Shown: in pieces, positions 26,578 to 35,830 of the stretch
Numbering within the stretch: the first letter of the stretch is position 1
How the letters are laid out: each line of letters starts with the position of its first letter
From: Candidatus Methylacidiphilales bacterium
GTDB lineage: Bacteria; Verrucomicrobiota; Verrucomicrobiia; Methylacidiphilales; JAAUTS01
Reading direction: 5' to 3'
DNA: 64,000 nt
Assembly (NCBI GenBank): GCA_038250235.1
Contig: JBBSCO010000010.1
Location: 384 to 64,383, forward strand
Translations under genes and position numbers: made by a program
The notes under the pieces: model-generated
Database searches by the model: none
Told to the model about the DNA's origin: nothing
What the model saw: only the letters and a program-made list of their open reading frames with translations

Positions 26578-28103
26578 AACTCATCGGCGTGGCCTGTGTC
26601 AAAAACGAAGCGGATATCATTGAGGCCTTCGTCCGGCATAATCTCCACTATCTCGACTCACTGATCCTGATGGATCACGGCAGCACCGATGAAACAGCGG
26701 AGATCCTGCAATCGTTGCAGAGGGAAGGATTGCCGCTGGAGATTCTGAAAGATGACAGCCTGGGCAAATTCCAGGGGGACAAGATGACCCTGCTCATGCA
26801 TCGCGCTGCGGCGGCGGGCGCCGACTGGGTATTCCTTCTCGATGCCGATGAGTTGATCAAAGCACCGTCCTTCCCCCTCCAGGTTCCCGATCATTCCGGC
26901 AGCGGTGTCTGGAAGCTTGGCTGCCAGACCTACTGCGTCACGGCGCAGGACGATCCCACAGAGTTAAACCCCGTGCTTCGCATCCGACACCGATTGGCAG
27001 AAGAGCCTTATGAAAAAAAACCATTGGCTAACAGACAACTGCTGACCAAGTGTCTGGTCCGCCGGGACGTAGCCGGAGATCCTGACAGCCGGGTGCACCA
27101 GGGAAACCATCACATCACCATTCGGGGCCGTGAGTTGGAATCGGCTTTCTGGGATAGATGTCTCCTTGCCCACTATTCCCTTCGCTCACCGGGACAGTAT
27201 GCCTCCAAGATCGCCATCGGGGTGATGCAACACCGGGCCAGAGGCGATATCAATTCTTCTGTCGAATCCTACTACATCAAACATCTCGACCTGATCCGGC
27301 AGGATTACGAGGCCTTCGCAACGGACTTCCACACCCTGCTTCCCGCCTACATCGAAACACGCCATGGTTCCGGAGAAAAAGTGCCGGATGCTTTGGAATA
27401 CAAGGGAGGCGCCCTCAAGCATACGACAACCCGATCCGCCGCCGCTCTTTTTGCTGCCAATCTTATCAACTATGTTAATACTCTGGCTCTGACCCTCGGT
27501 GCTGGAATCGGGGCCTCGTCGGATATCTTGCCGGAAGAAGGTCACTGGACGCTTCATGTCGGGGAAGACCAAGAAGCGCAGACCGCCAACATTTGCTGTC
27601 AATCCGGTCCCCTCAAGCCATCGCAGGCTTGCTTTGATCTGGGCAACTGGGACGGACGCACGGCGCTGAAGCTGGAATTGTCCGGTCCATGCAGCCTGGT
27701 GGAGGTTCAGAAGATCTCCCTTCGCCGGATGGACGGTTCGCTACAGGAGTTGCAGGGCAGGGATCTGAATGAGCTGATCAGTCAGACTGACAAACTCTAC
27801 AGCGTGCCGCATGACCAGTATTTTTCCTTCATCAAGAATTTGGTTCCCTCCCTGTTGGTTCTGGTTCCCGGAGACGCGGGTGCACAGGGCCGCTACAAAG
27901 AGATGGAATTGGAATTCAGCGTGGATATGAACCCCGCCGCGATCGGGCTTCGCTTCTCCCAGAGCAGCCCCGTGGATTCCCACGAGCTGATCAAAAAACT
28001 GGAAGCCAAGGTCAGCCAACTGGTCAGCGTACGCGGCTTTCTCCGACATCAGGCGGAGTGGATATGGAGTGTGATTTCCCCATCCAAATCGCCCCATCCA
28101 TGA
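26574..28103 (+). CDS. Glycosyltransferase family 2-type enzyme, paralogue B
   Basis: It is collinear with paralogue A along its full length (IGVACVKNEADIIEAFVRHNL, MDHGSTDET, LLDADEL, LLPAYIE, GFLRHQ). The identity is clear by eye but was not computed. Confidence 0.7.
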   Translation: MKLIGVACVKNEADIIEAFVRHNLHYLDSLILMDHGSTDETAEILQSLQREGLPLEILKDDSLGKFQGDKMTLLMHRAAAAGADWVFLLDADELIKAPSFPLQVPDHSGSGVWKLGCQTYCVTAQDDPTELNPVLRIRHRLAEEPYEKKPLANRQLLTKCLVRRDVAGDPDSRVHQGNHHITIRGRELESAFWDRCLLAHYSLRSPGQYASKIAIGVMQHRARGDINSSVESYYIKHLDLIRQDYEAFATDFHTLLPAYIETRHGSGEKVPDALEYKGGALKHTTTRSAAALFAANLINYVNTLALTLGAGIGASSDILPEEGHWTLHVGEDQEAQTANICCQSGPLKPSQACFDLGNWDGRTALKLELSGPCSLVEVQKISLRRMDGSLQELQGRDLNELISQTDKLYSVPHDQYFSFIKNLVPSLLVLVPGDAGAQGRYKEMELEFSVDMNPAAIGLRFSQSSPVDSHELIKKLEAKVSQLVSVRGFLRHQAEWIWSVISPSKSPHP

Positions 28104-29020
28104 AAAAAAACGGACAAAGAAGCATCGCCCTGGTGCATGAAGGATACGGTAGTGCCGGAGAAGGGGGATACCTGGTCAACCTTTTGCGCCCGATCTGGGA
28201 ATCCTGGGGATGCCGGGTGCAGGAGACCGGGGCGCAGACGGAGTGGCCGGAGGCGGACGGGGCCTTCATGCATGTGGATTTGTCTCTCGTGCCGGCCTCC
28301 TACACGGAGCAGGCCGGGCGTTATGCGTTCCAGTGGAATGCCGGTGTGCACGACATCAGCAAGGCGGCCACCTGTGAAGGACTGGTTCGTCCGGGCGATG
28401 GCTTTCACGGCCCGGTGATGGTCAAAACCAATCTCAACCATGCCGGCGTTCCAGAACGGAACCGGATCATCCGCAGGAACAACCGGCTGCGTAACAGTTG
28501 GCGCGGAAGATTCTGGCCTGGCTGGTTAGGGAAGCGCCTGGAAGAGGAACCCTCCTTGATCGGCAAAGACAACTACCGGATTTACGGAAGCGTGGAAGAG
28601 GTGCCTCCGGCTCTGCGCGAAAACAAGGAGTGGGTGCTCCAACAATTCTGCTCTGAACCTTTGGACGGAGGTTTTGCCCTTCGCGAATATTATTTCCTGG
28701 GGCAGGCCAACTATGTGCGGACCGAAGTGGGATCCGGGCCCTGCTTTACCTCGGGCCGTATGGTTCGGGAGAGCATGGGCCCGGTGCCGGAAGAGTTGCT
28801 GGCCCTGCGCCGGCGTCTGGGTCTGGATTATGGAAAGATCGATTTTGTCATACGCGGGGGCATGCCCTTTGTTTTTGATGTCAACAAAACGGTCGGCATC
28901 AGTTCGCCCGGCTCCCCGTCGGCCCTGAATGTTGCACGCAGCCTGGCCTGGGGGCTGTTTCCGGAATGGGAAGTGCACCGCCACATCGGCGAACCGGACT
29001 TCGTTAGTGCAGTTTCTTGA
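28100..29020 (+). CDS. ATP-grasp-like protein (weak assignment), paralogue C
   Basis: ATGA-coupled to GT paralogue B. GPVMVKTNLNHAGVPER and the C-terminal LDYGKIDFVIRGGMPFVFDVNKT recall the ATP-grasp nucleotide and Mg loops. Confidence 0.4.
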   Translation: MKKNGQRSIALVHEGYGSAGEGGYLVNLLRPIWESWGCRVQETGAQTEWPEADGAFMHVDLSLVPASYTEQAGRYAFQWNAGVHDISKAATCEGLVRPGDGFHGPVMVKTNLNHAGVPERNRIIRRNNRLRNSWRGRFWPGWLGKRLEEEPSLIGKDNYRIYGSVEEVPPALRENKEWVLQQFCSEPLDGGFALREYYFLGQANYVRTEVGSGPCFTSGRMVRESMGPVPEELLALRRRLGLDYGKIDFVIRGGMPFVFDVNKTVGISSPGSPSALNVARSLAWGLFPEWEVHRHIGEPDFVSAVS

Positions 29021-29111
29021 TGATACTACCTTCCTTCGCAGTAGGAGCGACCCCAGCATCGCGGTGGCTTCAGCTTTTCCGCCCAGTCAATGTGATTTGG
29101 CATACTTGACT

Positions 29112-29951
29112 CTACTTTGGAAGCGGCAGCCCATTGACCAGGTTCAGAGCGGCCTCTTTACCCATGATTGCAAAGGCCGGGGAACCGAGGGTCTTATTGA
29201 CATCCAGGATGACCACTTTTCCGTCATGCAGCACGTAATCCACTTTCCCGTAATCGAGGCTGATGTGTTCCCGAAATGCGAGCACTTCGGGATGGATTTT
29301 CTCCATCGGGACAGGCGGGGCGCAAAGATTTTGTCCCCGGACGATTTGATCGTTACTGACGAGTTTTACGCCGTGGCAGCGGCTGCCCAGGAAATAGGCA
29401 AGGCGCAGCACATACTGCTGGTTTTCCCTTTCAGGCAGGAATTTTTCCACCACATAGTCAGTATTTTTCCGTAAGGGGGCAGGCACCTGTTCTGTCGAAG
29501 CATAGATCTGATAGTCCATCACCCCGGGCAGATGCGTGGCCCGGTAAAAAGACCAAAGCTCTTTCAAGGGCAGCCGGAATCCGCCCCTGCGGTAAAGTTC
29601 CCGTTCCGGTACTCCGGCATTGTTGAGATTTGTTTTGACCACTACCGGCCCGTCATAAAACGCATCCGGGCCAAGCAGGTGGCTTCTCATGGGGAGGGAA
29701 CGTTTTCGGATGTCCGTGACCTGTCTGTTCGGCACCACAGGGTAGGCCTCCAAAGCAAGGAAAAAGCGTTCGGGGATCACGCTCAGATCGATATGCAAAA
29801 GAACAGCGTCAGCGGGCGGAAGCCTTTTGACGCCGGCCACGTGAAGGACATCGATGCCCAGTTCCTGCCACAACGGTGTCAGCTTGTAGGACAGGTAACG
29901 GTCCGGATTGGAAAGATCCGTATGTTCGTGGTGAACAATGAGCAGTCTCAT
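29112..29951 (-). CDS. ATP-grasp-like protein, paralogue D (convergent with C)
   Basis: GPVVVKTNLNNAGVPERE and LDYGKVDYVLHDGKVVILDVNKT parallel paralogue C. The start was taken at MRLLIVHHEH (ATG 29951). Confidence 0.4.
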   Translation of the reverse strand: MRLLIVHHEHTDLSNPDRYLSYKLTPLWQELGIDVLHVAGVKRLPPADAVLLHIDLSVIPERFFLALEAYPVVPNRQVTDIRKRSLPMRSHLLGPDAFYDGPVVVKTNLNNAGVPERELYRRGGFRLPLKELWSFYRATHLPGVMDYQIYASTEQVPAPLRKNTDYVVEKFLPERENQQYVLRLAYFLGSRCHGVKLVSNDQIVRGQNLCAPPVPMEKIHPEVLAFREHISLDYGKVDYVLHDGKVVILDVNKTLGSPAFAIMGKEAALNLVNGLPLPK

Positions 29952-30393
29952 GGAAGAACTTTCAGCGAAGAAGAGGAGTGTGGCAAGACGCAACCAGAGG
30001 GGGTGGGGAAAAGGAGTAGGGAGGCAGGAGTCAGGAGGTAGTCGCTTCCTAGGAATCTCTTGGTGAAAAAAAGACGGCCTCCCCCGCGTGGGGAAAAATC
30101 CTCTGCGGGATTTTTTTTTATTCGTTAACAATTTTCCTTACCCACAATCGCGCCGCAGCCGTGCCAAGGCGGACATGATATAACTCCGTGTAGCCTAAGT
30201 TTAATCCAGCTCCAACTTGAGCCTTCGCCAGGGTTATGGCTTCACGGGGCCGGTGATCTTGCTTCGAAAACGTGGACGGCGTTGGAGGCGGGTTTAAAGT
30301 CGGTCACGGGCTCCAAACCCAATCACGCACAGATTGAAACCCGATCTGTCAAGTGTCCGGAGTCGACCCCGTGGGCCTGCTTGTGGGCCTGAA

Positions 30394-30445
30394 GTGATTG
30401 GGTGATTGAGTGATTGGGTGATTGAGTGATTAGGTGATTGAGTGG
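30394..30445. repeat. Octamer tandem repeat GTGATTGR, 6.5 copies
   Basis: The sequence reads gtgattgg gtgattga gtgattgg gtgattga gtgattag gtgattga gtgg. Confidence 0.9.
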
Positions 30446-30549
30446 AGACGGGCCTCCGGCATACCCGCACTTGTTTCCGCGTTCTCCGGCTTCCGAATGG
30501 CGGAGAACAAAATGAGGCAGCCATCCTATCACCTCGTACAATGCTTTCT

Positions 30550-30768
30550 TCACGCAGCCAACACTTCGTCACGCACGAAGTGCAACCGGATCACCTTCGG
30601 AATGGCACCGGGAACACCGTCTCCAAAGTGACAGCATACCGCTTCTTTGACCATCTCACGCAACTCTTCCAGCGAGTCTCCCTGGGTGACAATGCCGTGA
30701 CCCAGAGCAGTGGCAACAAAACCGCCGTCTGCTTCGTCTTCCTGCACATCAAAGATGATCTCGGTCAT
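30550..30768 (-). CDS. HicB-like (UPF0150-fold) antitoxin-type protein
   Basis: IIFDVQEDEADGGFVATALGHGIVTQGDSLEELREMVKEAVCCHF...IRLHFVRDEVL fits the short HicB-like family. Confidence 0.6.
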   Translation of the reverse strand: MTEIIFDVQEDEADGGFVATALGHGIVTQGDSLEELREMVKEAVCCHFGDGVPGAIPKVIRLHFVRDEVLAA

Positions 30769-30951
30769 GGGAACAAACTACGGAATGATCAGGGTATTGG
30801 CAAACAATCGCGGGGAAGGAGGAAAGGAACATGGAGCAAGGGTAACAAGAGTGGCTCGAGCGCGGCGTGCGGGGTGTGTTTATTTAGGGAGCCTGCCCGG
30901 AGGGAAGGGCGAAGGGCGGAGGCAAAGCAGAGGACGCAGAAAAACCGGTAT

Positions 30952-31608
30952 TCAAGCATTCTGTTTTTGGGAAGTAAACAAAGGACTAAAGAATGCCAGG
31001 CAGAGTATAAATCCACCCAGAAAACAGTTGAGGATCAGGAACAGATTGATCACGCCAAAGGTGATGCTGGCACTGTAGAAAGGAGAAATAAGGATGCCGG
31101 TCATCCAGAGGAAGGCATAGAGACTGCGGGCCCATCTCTGCAGAAAAAACAGCCCGGCCAAAGACAGAAGGCTGAGAATCACTAGGGGATAGTAAAGGTT
31201 ATGGCAAAGAAGCGCACCTTTATAGGAGAGATACTGGGTGGCGAGAAAGGATTCGATCTCCGCTGGGATGGGTGTTCGAAAATACGAATCAGCAACCCAG
31301 ATCAGGATTTGAGTAAGAATCTGAAATCCAATCAGCTTTTGGAACAGGGACCTCGAAAACATAACTTGGAATTTCGGCTTTTCAGAAGACGTATAGGCGG
31401 GAACATCCTTGTTTGCCTTGAGGAGCTCCAGGGCCTTCTCGTATTCGGCGTCTTCAACCTGCAGACGGATCCCTGAATAGGTTGCCACATAGGGCATTAC
31501 CCCGGCGGTGTTGCTGTCGGGAATGGTCGAATCCAATCCATTGGCCCCAAGCCAGGCCTGGGCGCTCATAGCCTGATCAAAGGACGAATAGGTCTGAACA
31601 GTTTTCAT
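30952..31608 (-). CDS. Membrane protein with an N-terminal DUF2007-like domain and about 4 TM helices
   Basis: The N-terminal 65 aa (YSSFDQAMSAQAWLGANGLDS...IRLQVEDAEYEKALELL) resemble the DUF2007 putative signal-transducing fold. The rest of the protein is hydrophobic. Confidence 0.5.
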   Translation of the reverse strand: MKTVQTYSSFDQAMSAQAWLGANGLDSTIPDSNTAGVMPYVATYSGIRLQVEDAEYEKALELLKANKDVPAYTSSEKPKFQVMFSRSLFQKLIGFQILTQILIWVADSYFRTPIPAEIESFLATQYLSYKGALLCHNLYYPLVILSLLSLAGLFFLQRWARSLYAFLWMTGILISPFYSASITFGVINLFLILNCFLGGFILCLAFFSPLFTSQKQNA

Positions 31609-31642
31609 CGGGTGTATGTTTTCTTGGTTGTATCTGAATCAT

Positions 31643-32395
31643 TTATTCCACTGGTAAAGAAGGCGGTTCAACAGCTTTTGGAGGCAATGTCAGAAGCGTC
31701 GCAAAATAATCCCAGAGCCAATCAGCAAGATCCTCATTTACTTTTCCTTCATCCAGTTTTTCCAGAAGCCATTTGGATGGGATTACCCGGATTCCTTTTA
31801 TCGGGCCACGAACTTGAATAAAGCCTTTCGTAAAACAAAGAATACCGTTTACCCATAGATCCCGCCCGGCGTAACCCATCAATTGTTCTCTTAGCCTCAT
31901 GACCTGACCCAAGGTCTGTTTGATGAAGTCTTTCTCCAGAGGATATCCATCCCGCAACAGTTGAAAGCCATCTTGACTGATTTTTCCAAAATGGGACTTG
32001 GTCTCGATGATAAAAATGGTTCCATCACGTCTCAGGAGAATATGATCGATATTGCCATAGCTCAGGACGACATCATGGAAGATCTGGAAACGTTTCTTAT
32101 CCAAAGTTTCTAGAAGTCCCCCGACTTTTTCTTCGGCCTCAGCACCACGAGTCGAATGTTTCTCGCGTTCAAGGACATGGTCGATGGCCGCATTAAAATC
32201 CGTATTGATATATTTCAAGAAGACCAGACATGCGGTAGTGATGGCAAGACTGACCAACCCTCCGATTCTCAAGCCGGCGAGCATTAAAATCATTAAACAG
32301 ACGACAACTGCAATACCAAAGAGACATAGTGCCTTACGATCAAAACGCCGGGCTTTCTGTCGCTCACGGGTAGAAGATCCGGCCTTGCGTGACAT
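31643..32395 (-). CDS. Membrane-anchored NERD (nuclease-related domain) protein
   Basis: Two N-terminal TM helices, then NIDHILLRRDGTIFIIETKSHFG, a D...E-x-K pattern typical of NERD / PD-(D/E)xK. Confidence 0.75.
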   Translation of the reverse strand: MSRKAGSSTRERQKARRFDRKALCLFGIAVVVCLMILMLAGLRIGGLVSLAITTACLVFLKYINTDFNAAIDHVLEREKHSTRGAEAEEKVGGLLETLDKKRFQIFHDVVLSYGNIDHILLRRDGTIFIIETKSHFGKISQDGFQLLRDGYPLEKDFIKQTLGQVMRLREQLMGYAGRDLWVNGILCFTKGFIQVRGPIKGIRVIPSKWLLEKLDEGKVNEDLADWLWDYFATLLTLPPKAVEPPSLPVE

Positions 32396-32408
32396 GCCTT
32401 CTTTTATG

Positions 32409-32693
32409 TCAACTTCGTTCCCTCCGCGATCTCTTTGTTAAAGAATCCTCTAACTTCGGTTTCTGAGCATCCCGCTGCTTCCGAATGGCTGAAAGAATCC
32501 GCCCATACCAATCCGCCAAGTTCTGAGCTTCTTCCTCGTCACGGGCTTCTTCCGGAACAAAGTCAGGGGTAGGGAAAATACCGTCCCGCAGGTAGAGCGC
32601 CGTATCCCGCCACTGGGTTTGCCGCACCTCCAAGCCATCCAGCATTTGCCCGACATCCGACCGTTTCAGACTTAATGTGATGTATTCCCCCAC
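32409..32693 (-). CDS. Hypothetical 94-aa protein, first gene of the NERD run
   Basis: The ORF ends 13 bp before the NERD gene on the same strand. It has an acidic middle and a basic tail. No family was recognised. Confidence 0.4.
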   Translation of the reverse strand: MGEYITLSLKRSDVGQMLDGLEVRQTQWRDTALYLRDGIFPTPDFVPEEARDEEEAQNLADWYGRILSAIRKQRDAQKPKLEDSLTKRSRRERS

Positions 32694-32779
32694 AAGTCCT
32701 GGCCTGGCAAGTTTTTAGATTTCGTCAAACGGTTAGTTCAGACTTGTCATAAGAAGCGGAAAGCGGAATATTTTCCCGT

Positions 32780-33112
32780 ATGGCAAGTGGGAAACGATGG
32801 ATCCGGGAAGAGCTTCTCATTGCCATGAATCTTTACTGCAAACCTCCTTTCCGGAGTCCATCGCCGACGCTGATTGGAAAACTCAGCTTACCGAGACTCT
32901 ACCCTCCGAGTTCCATGGCATCCTCCGAGGCATCAAGGGAATTGAAACAGAATTTGCTTGAGAAAACTTCCCCGAAGAAGAAATTGGTGCACAGGATATT
33001 GTCAAAACAATGGCCGCACTACATTGCCGACCAGGAAAAACCCTACTACTTCCCAAAGATGAAGCTTTCCACCCGGATGCGGAGGGGCTTAGCTGAGTAT
33101 GCGAGAGGTTGA
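32780..33112 (+). pseudogene. Decayed remnant of an HNH_2-type putative restriction endonuclease gene (tentative)
   Basis: The N-terminus KRWIREELLIAMNLYCK is typical of that family. The expected continuation (ESIADADW...LRGIKGIETEF) is found in another frame. The remnant is far too short for a complete gene. Confidence 0.3.
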
Positions 33113-33148
33113 TTGCATACCCCCATCCCTAAACCATAGTAATATGCC

Positions 33149-35197
33149 ATGACAGCCCCAGCGTGGTACTTCGGAACTCGGGAAGACTTCCTTGCAAGAT
33201 CGAAAGATTCCATTGCGGATCAACTTGCCGGGCGTGCTGCATCTGAGAATCTTGAAATTGAATCCTATCAAAATCAAGAATGGCGTAGCAGCATAGATCT
33301 TCTCCAAAAAGCGCTGGATGAGCGGGTGCCTATTTTGCGTGAAGCCTTATTAAGCCCACAAGGCAAACTGATCCGGCAAGTAATCCTTGAATTTGATTTT
33401 CGCCGTAGGGGTTTGCGAATGGATTGTCTCTTGCTCGCTGATGGGGTGCTTTTTGTGGTCGAATTTAAGCGGAAAAAACTTCAAGCATCTGATAGAGATC
33501 AGGTCATGACTTACGCGATCAACCTGCTTGAATTTCATGCCGAGACACAATCGCTTTCTAAGGGGGTGGAAGGAATAATCGTCGTTCCGGTGCTTACTAT
33601 CACGGAAGGCCTCGTAAATAGAAAACCGCGCTGGCCGGGACTTGGTGGCCACAGCTGGAATGCTGCTGCAAACCGCCCACTCGAAAGTGACGCGCATTCA
33701 CTCACCGAAGTTTTCCAACTCGCATTTGAAAATCGGCGCTCCGATCGCCGAATCGATTTGACTGAGTGGCTTCGCTCTCCCTTTCGACCATCATCATCTA
33801 TTTTGGACGCCACTCTTTCATTGTATGGAAATCATGATGTCTCGGCGATCTCCGAACATGCGGCGCCAACTGAGGAGATAAAATCTAGCGTTACCGAAAT
33901 TCGTGAAGTGATCGAGACTGCCCTGTCTGAGGGAGAATATCATGTTATATTTCTATCTGGCGCACCCGGGGCTGGAAAGACACTCGTTGGCCTGGAATTA
34001 GTATTACGAGGCATACACGCCGGAGAATTTGTTTTTGTGACCGGTAACGCACCTCTCGTTGAAGTCCTGAACAAGGCTCTCGCCCAATCGTTTCGTCACC
34101 AGAGCAAATCCTCCGTTTCATGGGCTCACACCGGTTACAGGAGGGAGGATGCGAGATTTGTGACTTCAATCGCAAATTACAAAATTGTTAAAGCCCACAA
34201 TTTCCTTGGAAAGAGGACTGAAAACCATCGTCAGGAAGATGGTAGGGTGTTGGTTTTTGATGAGGCTCAGCGCACCTACGAAAAGGGTAAGATGGTGCTT
34301 CGGGAAAAACTACCGGATCATGAGGCAGATTTGATTCTGGAGACTCAAAAAACAGCTTATCCCACTGGAGGTGCGGTTGTTGTTGCATTGATTGGCCACA
34401 ATCAAGCGATCAACAGCGGGGAGATGGGCATTCTGGCATGGCTCGAGGCCATAGAGCGAAAGGGTTGGAGTTTTTCGATATCGGATGAAACACTAAATCT
34501 TGCAGAATTCAAAGACGCGTCACGGTGGAAAAGTAATGAACGCCGCCGCCCGCTTCAGAATGGTCATTTGAGCCAGTCAATGCGGTATTATCGCAACTCC
34601 GAAGTAGAGAAATGGGCCGGATGCGTTTTGAATGGGGATGTTTTTGGAGCAGGCGTTGCTGCTGGGAAGTTGGAAGAAGGCTCCGATTGCATCCGGATCA
34701 CACGAAGCTTGGCCGACGCTCGCAAGTGGGCGAAAAAACAAACGGTAGGAACGCAGCACTGTGGACTGATTGCGTCGAGCCAAGCAAGGCGGCTCGCGGC
34801 GGAAGGACTTTTCGTCGAATTGAAGCCGAGTATCGCTGATTGGATGTTAGCTCCTTCCACCGATATCAGATCCTCGAATGCCTTGGAGGTTGTGCAGAAT
34901 CAGTTTCAAGTTCAGGGACTCGAACTCGATTTCTGTGTCGTATGTTGGGACGCGGATCTGCGGCGAGAAGGTGAAAAGTGGACCTCATTTAAACTCAGTG
35001 GCTCGAAGTGGCAAAAAGATGCGCTTCTCGAAATAGCGAAGAATAGTTATCGGGTTCTGCTTACTCGTGCGAGGAAGGGCATGATCATATTTGTGCCTGA
35101 AGGAGACTTGAGTGGAGAGGATAACACACGTGTTCAATCGTTTTATGACGGAATTTGGGATTTCCTACGAAAGTGTGGTGCTAAGGAGCTTGATTGA
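33149..35197 (+). CDS. DUF2075-type P-loop ATPase/SF1-helicase-like protein with an N-terminal PD-(D/E)xK-like domain
   Basis: Walker A GAPGAGKT, Walker B VLVFDEAQR, C-terminal RVLLTRARKGMIIFVP, and N-terminal MDCLLLADGVLFVVEFKRKK (D...E-x-K). Confidence 0.8.
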   Translation: MTAPAWYFGTREDFLARSKDSIADQLAGRAASENLEIESYQNQEWRSSIDLLQKALDERVPILREALLSPQGKLIRQVILEFDFRRRGLRMDCLLLADGVLFVVEFKRKKLQASDRDQVMTYAINLLEFHAETQSLSKGVEGIIVVPVLTITEGLVNRKPRWPGLGGHSWNAAANRPLESDAHSLTEVFQLAFENRRSDRRIDLTEWLRSPFRPSSSILDATLSLYGNHDVSAISEHAAPTEEIKSSVTEIREVIETALSEGEYHVIFLSGAPGAGKTLVGLELVLRGIHAGEFVFVTGNAPLVEVLNKALAQSFRHQSKSSVSWAHTGYRREDARFVTSIANYKIVKAHNFLGKRTENHRQEDGRVLVFDEAQRTYEKGKMVLREKLPDHEADLILETQKTAYPTGGAVVVALIGHNQAINSGEMGILAWLEAIERKGWSFSISDETLNLAEFKDASRWKSNERRRPLQNGHLSQSMRYYRNSEVEKWAGCVLNGDVFGAGVAAGKLEEGSDCIRITRSLADARKWAKKQTVGTQHCGLIASSQARRLAAEGLFVELKPSIADWMLAPSTDIRSSNALEVVQNQFQVQGLELDFCVVCWDADLRREGEKWTSFKLSGSKWQKDALLEIAKNSYRVLLTRARKGMIIFVPEGDLSGEDNTRVQSFYDGIWDFLRKCGAKELD

Positions 35198-35207
35198 GAA
35201 AGAGGAT

Positions 35208-35385
35208 AATTTGACGGGTTCGACTCTCAATTTTTAAGGCTTTTTTCTGTCCTGAGGAGGCGTCAAATTGCATTATTATTTCAGAGGAAAATTCCCAACG
35301 CGTTTCAGTTGCTTTGGGATCAGTCCAATCGCGCTTGAATGTTCTTGAAGTCGTGGATTTTCAAGAGTTCGCGGGTCTTTCGGGT
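35208..35385. repeat. Direct repeat R-a (left copy; pairs with 37136..37255)
   Basis: It shares aatttgacggg..tctcaatt..aaggcttttt...cgtggatttt(c)aagagttcgcgggtctttc with the right copy. The left copy carries about 60 extra bp. Confidence 0.75.
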
Positions 35386-35660
35386 TGTTTGAAGGACTTC
35401 CGCAAATTTGCGCATAGATTTCATAAATCCCATCCAGAGGGTGAGAAGGAGCTAACGTAAGTAGAGGTCTGCCTTGTCGGTAAGATCTTCTTGGGAAAGT
35501 TTTAAGGATTCACGTCGGCTGCGTATATTTTGGCCGAGTTTCGATAATGCGGGCTCGCGTTTGGGCATCGTCCAAACTGGACTTCGTGACGCCTATGCGT
35601 CCACGGACTATACGTATCATCTGGTTGATCAGCTTCGAATATGGAATGGCACGTTTGCAT
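35320..35660 (-). pseudogene. XRE-family HTH gene broken into at least three frames
   Basis: Minus-strand pieces LGQNIRSRRESLKLSQEDLTDKADL (an HTH signature) and FMKSMRKFAEVLQTTRKTRELLKIHDF lie in different frames separated by stops. Confidence 0.4.
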
Positions 35661-35830
35661 TTTAATGTGGCGGGAGAAGGCCGAGTTACGCTGAAGGGAG
35701 CCGGGTCAAAAGCATCTGAAGTGAAACAGCGCTGCCTTTACGAAAAAAAATTGTTCGTCGACTGTGTTAAAAGGGGTCCGCGCTGTTTTTGGAGGGTTGA
35801 CGTCAGGTACTGAGGAGAATAAATTGAGCC

